A DNA stretch of 64,000 bases, taken from NCBI RefSeq assembly GCF_006345805.1, contig NC_043000.1, positions 11,842,001 through 11,906,000 on the forward strand, given 5' to 3'. Of this stretch, positions 53,738-64,000 are shown in pieces. Positions within the stretch are counted from its first letter, which is position 1, and each line of letters starts with the position of its first letter. This stretch comes from Octopus sinensis. Its lineage: Eukaryota. A model generated the notes under the pieces. It worked only from the letters and a program-made list of their open reading frames with translations. It was not told the DNA's origin and did no database searches. The position numbers and the translations under genes were made by a program.

Positions 53738-54546
53738 TATTGATACAATTGTTTCATTAAGAGTCTTTATTGTTACGTAAACTTGGCACAGTCAGGTATG
53801 TAGTGTGTACAACATCCATAATATTATGTAATACGCTATGCAACTCTCAACTCATCAGGTTTACCAAATAGAAAAGTGAGCAGTGACCTGTTGATTAATC
53901 AACAAATCATCAACTAAAATTTCTAATCAGAGTTACCAATATTTAAGAAATGTTAAGTGGGTAGATCTAAAATCAGTTAGTACTGGGGGTGGAGAGCAGA
54001 ATGAGGTTATAAATTATAGAATAATTAAAAGGAATATCTATTTTAAAGATTTCATTAAACTTAGGGATGTCAGTATTAGGCAAAATGCGCTTATATACCA
54101 GCAGATAGCAGGCGCCAAGCGTGATATTTGACCCTATCAAAATATATTCAAAGATGGCTGCTGACGTTCTTTACCCCACGACCCTCCAAAAACCCTCAAA
54201 AAAAAAAAAAAGCAAAACGTTTACTGTGTTCTATTGTTTTGTACGTTAGAATGACATAGTTAATTAATTCAAGCGTTACTTATTCATTCAATATATTCCT
54301 CTTAAATTAAAGTGCTCCGATTAATTATTGCAGAACTAAGAGAATATTAGCTCTAATTAAGGGAAATCCAGCGTATTATTATTGAGGGAAAATAACATAA
54401 GGAAAAATGAAGAGAATAGTGGTCTCTACGAAATTTTGGAGGAGAGGTCGGGGGGGGGGGAGAAAAGCGAGGAAACAAAATCGAAAAGAAAATTATTCAT
54501 AAATATATATATATATATATGAATAATTTTCTTTTCCATTTTACTT

Positions 54547-54677
<131 letters not shown>

Positions 54678-54939
54678 CAGCCTTGATCACAGTAGCAGCG
54701 ATCATAACCTATAAATTCTTACTTAGGAATAGAATAGGATAAATCTAATAAAGAAATGGCCAGCACTGCTGGCGGGAAGAAGGGAGTTAGCATTAACAAA
54801 TAAATGTATATACTAGATTAATGAGAGTAGTTTAGGCAATAATCAGTGTGGAACATAAACCAACATAAAGGATATAAATTTATACTAGTTAAATACGCTA
54901 TAAAATCCTGAAAAACGATGAATCCCAATGTTTCTATTA

Positions 54940-55164
54940 CTCTTTTATTCTTTTACTTGTTTCAGTCATTTGACTGCGGCCATGCTGGAGCACCGCCTTT
55001 AGTCGACCAAAATCGACCCCAGGACTTATTCTTTGTAAGCCTAGTACTTATTCTATCGGTTCCCTTTTGTCGAAACGCTAAGTTACGAGGACGCAAACAC
55101 ACCAGCATCGGTTGTCAAGCGATGTTGGGGGACAAGCAAAGACATACGAACACACACACACACA

Positions 55165-55218
<54 letters not shown>

Positions 55219-55392
55219 GCACGCAAATACATATATACGACGGGCTTCTTTCAGTTTCTGTCTACCAAATCCACTCACAAGGCTTTGGTCGGCCCGAGGC
55301 TATAGTAGAAGACACGTGCCCAAGGTGCCACGCAGTGAGACTGGACCCGGAACCATGTGGTTGGTAAGCAAGCTACTTACCACACAGCCACT
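54940..55392 (-). mobile_element. SINE family A, full length
   Basis: Consensus match. Confidence 0.9.
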
Positions 55393-55736
55393 CTGTCACA
55401 TTATTATTAAGAATGAACCAAATCAATTGAAATAATATAGTTAAGTAGATAGGTTAGATCACTACTTTAATGATTTAAAATTATGGCGAGTATTAAGAAA
55501 ATGTTAAAAGATTTTATAAGAATTATAAAGAATTATAAAAGTCGTAGATGTTATCAAACGTTAAAAGAATTTATAGAAATACAACGAATTATTAAGGCTA
55601 TAACTAGGAATGATGAAGCAAATAAAAATACTCTACGAAGTTAGAAGTAAATTGGATAAAGTTATTAAATTATGAATTAAATACAATCACAATCATATGT
55701 CGTTAGAACTAAGGATACGCAAAAATAGCTTAAATA

Positions 55737-56138
55737 TGTTTCTTTATTACCCACAAGGGGCTAAACATAGAGGGGACAAACAAGGACAGACAAACGAATT
55801 AAGTCGATTATATCGACCCAGTTACGCACTGGTACTTAATTTATCGAAAGGCAAAGTCGACCTCGGCAGAATTTGAACTCAGAACATAACGGCAGACGAA
55901 ATACCTATTTCTTTACTACCCACCAGGGGCTAAACACAAAGAGGACAAACAAGGACAGACAAACGAATTAAGTCGATTACATCGACCCCAGTGCGTAACT
56001 GGTACCTTATTTATCGACCCCGAAAGAATGAAAGGCAAAGTCAACCTCGGCGGAATTTGAACTCAGAACGTAACGGCAGACGAAATCCCGCTAAGCATTT
56101 CGCCCGGCGTGCTAACGTTTCTGCCAGCTCGCCGCCTT
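55737..56138 (-). mobile_element. SINE family B dimer between two copies of a ~145-bp direct repeat
   Basis: Flanks 55593-55733 and 56155-56300 are about 90% identical by eye. Confidence 0.85.
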
Positions 56139-56434
56139 CATTATAAAGAATTATAAAGCCTATAATTAGGGAGGATGAAGCAAATAGAAATATTCTACGA
56201 AGTTAGAAGTAAATCGAATAAAGTTATTAAATTATGAATTATATACAATCACAATCATTGGCATATGTCGTTAGAACTAAGGATACGCAAAAATAGCTTT
56301 ATTATGACCTGCTATTAGTATTAATAGAATTAAGATACGCTTGACTACCTAACTATGTTCTGTGAACCTTATTATTAGTAATGAATCTCTGTGTTGTAGG
56401 GTTATAGATAAGTAGCTAGCACTTGGATTTGACG

Positions 56435-56740
56435 TTATAGTATCGGTTTAAAGTATAAGAAAGTTCTACGGATAGAATGTGGGCATTTAATCTTTAATTC
56501 ATCCGATCTATTAATAACACCACCCGCGCAGTTTAAGATTTCCAACAATTCCAAACAGCAGAGATTGCAAACATATCTATTATTAACATAAGGCTCAGCG
56601 TCTCTAGCGACGTTCCTTCCACGTTGGATGAAAATCGATGTTTTTGTCCTTTAACTGCCAGACTTCACGGAGAGCGATGTTGTTTGCGCCTTATCTCTCT
56701 TTCTGAATACGTGGAGATGATTGTGTAATCTTGATTTAGC
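56435..56740 (-). pseudogene. Penelope-like element GIY-YIG endonuclease C-terminal remnant (Naiad-type pattern)
   Basis: With frameshifts: KSRLHNHLHVFRKRDKAQTTSLS/EVWQLKDKNIDFHPTWK/AEPYVN/CNLCCLELLEILN..INRSDELKIKCPH. Confidence 0.7.
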
Positions 56741-56930
56741 ATTAGATGTGGAATATATATATATATATATAAGTGAAAGTATATAGATTAGTTTTAACAT
56801 TATATCTATATACAATGCTTTTGGTCAAGCATTTATTTCCTTGTGAGCATTCAAATTTCTTCTTACACATACATATACACACTTATATTTCGCATATACA
56901 CACACATAAATAAATGTATATATGTATGTG

Positions 56931-56990
<60 letters not shown>

Positions 56991-57021
56991 AAATGTGTGT
57001 ATGTATGTATGTATCTATGTG

Positions 57022-57073
<52 letters not shown>

Positions 57074-57074
57074 A

Positions 57075-57292
57075 CTTGTTTCCGGGATCAGGCTGCGGCC
57101 ATGCTGGAGCACCTCCTTGAAGACTTTTAATCGAACGAATTGATTCCAGTACTTATTTTTCAATAGCCTGGTACTTATTCTATCGGTCACTTTCGCCGAA
57201 CTTCTATGTTACGGGGCGTAAACATACCAACACAGGTTATCAACCGGTAAGGGATGGACAAACACAGATACAAAGACACACATACATGAATA

Positions 57293-57343
<51 letters not shown>

Positions 57344-57510
57344 TATACATATATATATATATATATATACACGACGGGCTTGTTTCAGTTTCCGTCCATC
57401 AAATCCATTCGCAAGGCTTTGGTCAGCCCGTGATTACAGGTGCCACGCAGTGGGGCTGAGCCCATAAGCATGTGGTTGTGAAGCAAACGTCTTACCACAC
57501 AGCCACTCCT
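57075..57510 (-). mobile_element. SINE family A variant
   Basis: Consensus match. Confidence 0.8.
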
Positions 57511-57567
57511 GCGTCTACGCGCGCGCCCACACACACACACACACAAACACAAGCGCACGCGCAAACA

Positions 57568-57980
57568 CGAGATACATTCCAGAAGTTTTTAGACTTTTAT
57601 TTTAGGAAAAGTACCCTACTAAACACTTACAATTCCATCCTGGTAACCAACGACATGACGGAGATGGGCATCAGAACTGCCCCTTACCCTCCCTACAGTC
57701 CAGACGTTGCTTCCTGTGACGTTTGATTGTTCCCCAAGCTGAAGGAGAACTTCAGAGGCAGTCGTTTTGAGGACAATGAAAAGATGGAGGCTGCGACAAG
57801 GGTCCTAGATATCTTCATTTTGGAGGATATCTGTGGATCCTTCACGAAGTGACTGCAGCACTACAAGAAGTGCATTGAAGACAGAAGATCCTATTTTCAA
57901 GATGGTTAGAGTCTTGCACTTCTTTGAAATTAATTAATGTCTCTCCTGAAAAAGCCTCAGGGCTTTTGGAATGAACTTTG
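57568..57980 (+). mobile_element. Degraded, internally deleted mariner
   Basis: YPPYSPDVASCDV*LFPKLKENFRGSRFED...YKKCIE; degenerate TIRs CGAGATACATTCCAGAAG vs CAAAGTTCATTCCAAAAG. Confidence 0.75.
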
Positions 57981-58052
57981 AGTGTGTGTGTGTGTGTCTG
58001 TGTACGCGTGTGCGTGCATGCGACCGCGCGTACGTATATATATATATATATA

Positions 58053-58558
58053 TCTATATATATAAAACTCTAGTTGTGTGAGTGTCTGTCCCCTTCGATT
58101 TAGATTCCTAACTCCTCCCACATTTTGCGGTGCAGTTTAACCAAATTCGGGTATCTTATAGTCGTGATTCATATCGAGCCCGTCTGACTATTAGCGCGCG
58201 TCAACGATGAGTCTACGATTTTAAAAATAATTTAACATCATTTTTTATTCCATTTTAATGCATAAAATGCATCGTATGTCAATGGCGGCGGAGTTGGCGT
58301 CCACGCTCACAGCTGCACCTGTTTGCTTCTCCCCCTTCCCTCCCTCGTGAAGCTGTGGGGAAGGGAGTGTAAAGAAATCAACGTCGTAATGCGTTGTGAA
58401 GGAAACCAGCGTTCTTTTAGAACAACGACTTCATGGCTTGAAGACACCAAAACAAAAATGGCTAAGAAAGCCCGAATTTATAAGGGAAGTAACTCTCTAA
58501 AAATGCTTATATAGTTATTTCCCTTACAAACCCGAGCAACGCCGGGCGATACTGCTAG
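58053..58558 (+). mobile_element. Non-autonomous Helitron, 506 bp
   Basis: 5' TCTATATATATAAA, subterminal hairpin CCCG-AGCAACGC-CGGG, 3' CTAG, inserted between A and T. Confidence 0.85.
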
Positions 58559-58578
58559 TAATTATATATATATAATTC

Positions 58579-58686
58579 TTTTTCGTAATGAGATAAAAAA
58601 AAAACCCAAGGCTGTGTAGATTTTAGAACATTTATGTTCTAAAATTTACACAGCCTTGGTTTTTTTTTATCTCATTACGAAAAAAA
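58579..58686. repeat. Near-perfect palindrome, ~53-bp arms, 2-nt loop
   Basis: ...GCTGTGTAGATTTTAGAACAT-TT-ATGTTCTAAAATTTACACAGC... Confidence 0.9.
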
Positions 58687-58840
58687 ATTCTTATATACAC
58701 ACGCTGACATATGACCAACGTTTGAACCCCTTATTCGCATAATCACCGAACCTGGTACTTAACTATGGTCTATCTATAGCACTTATTCAGCATTACCTGA
58801 CATCTTTGGGTCTCAATGACACCATTACCTCTCATAACCT

Positions 58841-58882
<42 letters not shown>

Positions 58883-58895
58883 CAGATAGATAGAC

Positions 58896-58966
<71 letters not shown>

Positions 58967-58981
58967 AAGAAAGAAAGAAAA

Positions 58982-59070
<89 letters not shown>

Positions 59071-59085
59071 AAGAAAGAAAGAAAA

Positions 59086-59189
<104 letters not shown>

Positions 59190-59359
59190 GTATCATGCCT
59201 GCAGTTACTTCTGTTTCACGACAGTATCAAGGAATTCAGAAAGCGTGATCTTCCCCAGAGACTGTCGAAATTGTTGAAGTACCTTTTATACGGAAAAATA
59301 ATATGAATTATGCAAATTTCCCGTGGTTATAAACGCTCTCTATTCTTTTTATACACGAG

Positions 59360-59412
59360 GCTGTGCTGATGATGCCTGATATGATATCGAGACAGAAACA
59401 CGTGATTATAGC
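59360..59412 (+). ncRNA. Type I hammerhead ribozyme motif (Penelope-like minimal type), one core substitution
   Basis: Stem I GCTGTG/TATAGC, CTGATGA, stem II TGCCT-GAT..ATC-G-AGACA, GAAA, palindromic stem III CACGTG, then AT where UH is expected. Confidence 0.6.
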
Positions 59413-59470
59413 TGTCATTTGCTTCCAGAAGAAATATGGTCTTTCGTTAATGTTATCTTAGTCCCAGAGA

Positions 59471-59853
59471 TGTGGAGGCGCAATGACCCAGTGGTAAGGG
59501 CAGCGGACTCGCGGTCATAGGAAGCAGTTTCGATTCCCAGACCGGGCGTTGTGAGTGTTTATTGAGCGAAAACACCTAAAAGCTCCACAAGGCTCTGGCA
59601 GGGGATGGTGGTGATCCCTGCTGTACTCTTTCACCACAACTTACTCTTACTTCCTGTTTCTGTTGTACCTGTATTTCAAAGGGCCGGCCTTGTCACTCTC
59701 TGTGTCACGCTGAATATCCCCGAGAACTACGTTAAGGGTACACGTGTCTGTGGAGTGCTCAGTCACTTACACGTTAATTTCACGAGCAGGCTGTTCCGTT
59801 GATTCGGATCAACCGGAACCCTCGTCGTCGTAACCGACGGAGTGCTTCCATCC
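59471..59853 (+). mobile_element. SINE family D, young full-length copy
   Basis: 11-bp TSD AGTCCCAGAGA at 59460-59470 and 59854-59864. Confidence 0.95.
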
Positions 59854-60770
59854 AGTCCCAGAGAATTGCTGATTCTTTGATATTAACTCTTCTCCACATT
59901 CGTTGTCGGTTGCAGTTACCGCAAGCTGTTTGATTATCTTCTTTCTCAAGCCGTAGATAATTTCAACAAATCAAGGATTTTTCTTGTATGGCATTTAGTA
60001 TATCCTCTTTCATCTTTGTTACCTAAATTCATACAATTGGGTATTCTCCTCATTTTCGTTTACACACACACAGATGCGTAGGAGCGCCTACATATTTAGC
60101 TAAGAATCTATCTGTCTGTCTCTCTCTCTCTCTATATATATATATATAATATAAATAATATATAAATATATGCACATATACATACATATATGTACATACC
60201 TACATATCTATGTATATATACATGCATATATAGGTACAGGACATAAATAAACGTAGACAAAATGAGAAACGAAAACATAAAGAAACAAAAACATAGAAAA
60301 CGAGCGTTTTTTCGAACAACGAAAAAAAAAAAGAGAAACGAGACATGCAACATAGATATCATTCCCTTCATCAGTTGTTCCCGCATTTCGAAGGTAAGGA
60401 AATACGCGACTTCATTAGAACAGTCCTTCCCGCAAAGCAAATTAAATAAATTTTGGGATTTTTTGCGGAGGGTGAAAGTGGTAACAAAAGCGGGACAGTG
60501 AGAACAAAACAGTAAAAACAAACGGTGATGGTTGTTAAGTCAAGATGATGTGAAGATTATGAACGCTGAAAAACGAGCTTTGAGAAGAGACCAATAAAAA
60601 CACGTCTTATATTTAGGAAGGAAGTGGAAGAAAGATAGATGGCCTTTCGTCACGTGTGAGCAACGAGAGAGTCAAGGAGGAAGAGTGATAGAGAGAGAGA
60701 GAGAGAGAGAGAGGAAGAAGAACAAGAGAAGGAGATAGATAGAGAAGAGATAGAATAAGAATGCGCATCG

Positions 60771-60801
<31 letters not shown>

Positions 60802-60805
<4 letters not shown>

Positions 60806-62244
60806 CTCCCTTATTCCCCTTCCTTTCTTTCCCTCTCCATCCGTTTCCCCCCCACCCCTTCTACGTTTCTCTATCTCTCTCACCTCCAGCCCCCTCGATC
60901 TGTCTCTTTCTTCTCCTCCCTCGTCCACCTTCTCTCTCTTTTCATCTGTCCCTTTCTCCTGTCTTTTGTTCTCACGTGACCGCTAGCACTGTTGAGCGCT
61001 CTTTTCGTTCCAGCAGTCGCCGAAGCAACACGTATTTGTTCGTCTCCCTGCGGCCATTAGGCACAACTTCATAAGCCAGCCCCAAACTCAACTCGTCCTG
61101 TCGAAAGACCCTTGTCCTACGTCCTGGTTTTGTTCTGTTTTTTATTTTTACCGTTATTGTTTTTACGTTTTTGTATTCTTATTGGTGTCACGTATTCTGT
61201 ATTTTTGTTCGGTACTTCGTTCATTTCCGTCCTCGTGTTGTATACATTCGAAGCTTTCTTCCATGGGATCTAATGCGCTTGGCTTAGATTTCCCATGGCG
61301 GGCTGCCCATATCGGAGCAATCTCAAGATTAATCAGCCGAAATTGCTAAGATGATCCGTTCTTGATATGGATGATGAGATGAGGGCTTCGAATGTCCCGT
61401 CCTGTGGTTCTTGTGTCGTCTCTGTGTTGTTTCATGTTCTTGTCCATGTCTGTAATTATTTTTACTGTTTACCTATATAATCGGCGGCTACGTATCCACA
61501 ATTGTCCTTATACGATAAGTATATTTTTTTCTCTAGCATTGATACGACTCTAATCTGTCTCTTTCTCTCTCTCTTCTCCTCCCTTATTCCCCTTCTTTCT
61601 TTCCCTCTCCATCCGTTCCCCCCACCCCTCTACGTTTCTCTATCTCTCTCACCTCCAGCCCCCTCGATCTGTCTCTTTCTTCTCCTCCCTCGTCCACCTT
61701 CTCTCTCTTTTCATCTGTCCCTTTCTCCTGTCTTTTGTTCTCACGTGACCGCTAGCCACTGTTGAGCGCTCTTTTCGTTCCAGCAGTCGCCGAAGCAACA
61801 CGTATTTGTTCGTCTCCCTGCGGCCATTAGGCACAACTTCATAAGCCAGCCCCAAACTCAAATCGTCCTGTCGAAAGAACCTTGTCCTACGTCCTGGTTT
61901 TGTTCTGTTTTTTATTTTTACCGTTATTGTTTTTACGTTGTTGTATTCTTATTGGTGTCACGTATTCTGTATTTTTGTTCGTGTACTTCGTTCATTTCCG
62001 TCCTCGTGTTGTATACATTCGAAGCTTTCTTCCATGGGATCTAATGCGCTTGGCTTAGATTTCCCATGGCGGGCTGCCCATATCGGAGCAATCTCAAGAT
62101 TAATCAGCCGAAATTGCTAAGATGATCTGGTTCTTGACTGATGAGAGGGGCTTCGAATGTCCCGTCCTGTGGTTCTTGTGTCGTCTCTGTGTTTGTTCAT
62201 GTTCTTGTCCATGTCTGTAATTATTTTTACTGTTTACCTATATA
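60802..62244 (+). repeat. Tandem direct duplication (~675 bp x2, period 773) of a structured repeat
   Basis: 60802-61479 vs 61575-62244, few differences; 95-bp spacer; interior is homologous to 28490-28830. Confidence 0.9.
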
Positions 62245-62318
62245 TATATATATCTGTCTGTCTATCTACCTGTCTTCTTGTTTGTGTCTGTCTGTCTATC
62301 GATCTATCTATTTGTCTG

Positions 62319-62419
<101 letters not shown>

Positions 62420-62698
62420 GTCTATCTATCTATCTGTCTGTCTGTACAAAAGAGAAAACGAGTATTCAATAGATGCAGTAGAGTTTACAGATTGGAAAAA
62501 CTGGCTAGATCGATACATGCGCACTCGCTCACATACATACACATGCATAAACACACAACATACACACGCACACAATAGTGTCACACACTCACATACACAC
62601 ACATGCATAAAAACGACACAAAAATACACGCATGCAACACGCTACTCGCACACAGTATACTCATACACATTAGCTACACACACACACGCGCCTGGACA

Positions 62699-64000
62699 CA
62701 CACACACGCACAAACACACACATACGTTAGACTGTCCCACACACACGCACAAACACACACATACGTTAGACTGTCCCACACACACGCACAAACACACACA
62801 TACGTTAGACTGTCCCACACACACGCACAAACACACACATACGTTAGACTGTCCCACACACACGCACACACACACACATACGTTAGACTGTCCCACACAC
62901 ACGCACAAACACACACATACGTTAGACTGTCCCACACACAAACACACACATACGTTAGACTGTCCCACACACACGCACAAACACACACATACGTTAGACT
63001 GTCCCACACACACGCACAAACACACACATACGTTAGACTGTCCCACACACACGCACAAACACACACATACGTTAGACTGTCCCACACACAAACACACACA
63101 TACGTTAGACTGTCCCACACACAAACACACACATACGTTAGACTGTCCCACACACACGCACAAACACACATACGTTAGACTGTCCCACACACACGCACAA
63201 ACACACACATACGTTAGACTGTCCCACACACACGCACAAACACACACATACGTTAGACTGTCCCACACACACGCACAAACACACACATACGTTAGACTGT
63301 CCCACACACACGCACAACCACACACATACGTTAGACTGGTCCACACACACGCACAAACACACACATACGTTAGACTGTCCCACACACAAACACACACATA
63401 CGTTAGACTGTCCCACACACACGCACAAACACACACATACGTTAGACTGTCCCACACACACGCACAAACACACACATACGTTAGACTGTCCCACACACAC
63501 GCACAAACACACACATACGTTAGACTGTCCCACACACGCACAAACACACACATACGTTAGACTGTCCCACACACAAACACACACATACGTTAGACTGTCC
63601 CACACACGCACAAACACACACATACGTTAGACTGTCCCACACACACGCACAAACACACACATACGTTAGACTGTCCCACACACACGCACAAACACACACA
63701 TACGTTAGACTGTCCCACACACACGCACAAACACACACATACGTTAGACTGTCCCACACACAAACACACACATACGTTAGACTGTCCCACACACAAACAC
63801 ACACATACGTTAGACTGTCCCACACACACGCACAAACACACACATACGTTAGACTGTCCCACACACACGCACAAACACACACATACGTTAGACTGTCCCA
63901 CACACACGCACAAACACACACATACGTTAGACTGTCCCACACACACGCACAAACACACACATACGTTAGACTGTCCCACACACACGCACAACCACACACA
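62699..64000 (+). repeat. 39-bp minisatellite (33/37-bp variants), 34 cores, truncated by the window edge
   Basis: Unit ACACACACGCACAAACACACACATACGTTAGACTGTCCC. Confidence 0.95.

Noticed and set aside
54120-54180. YY1-like AAGATGGCTGC motif as a possible promoter
   Set aside because: A single short motif with no CpG island or supporting exon.

Overview
Repeat-saturated, AT-rich animal genomic DNA, most likely from an octopus. That assignment is inferred from the SINE families and the extreme (TA)n/(CA)n/(GATA)n/trinucleotide content, not from a database search. I cannot support any host protein-coding exon; almost all ORF-track entries are translated microsatellites. The window contains about 50 tRNA-derived or RTE-tailed SINE-type copies in at least 5 families with shuffled modules. 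It has five Tc1/mariner elements: a DD36E Tc1 at 14.3-15.5 kb, a mellifera-like mariner with an irritans-like mariner nested inside it at 48.3-50.8 kb, a DD41D deletion derivative at 52.1-52.6 kb, and a degraded mariner at 57.6-58.0 kb. It also has a non-autonomous Helitron, RTE LINE remnants, a Penelope-like GIY-YIG remnant, several fold-back palindromic elements, long cryptic trinucleotide tracts and a 39-bp minisatellite running off the right edge. The most notable signals are a near-intact type I hammerhead ribozyme at 59360-59412 (plus weaker candidates), the nested mariners, a SINE whose core is replaced by mariner sequence, and SINE multimers joined at one precise junction.
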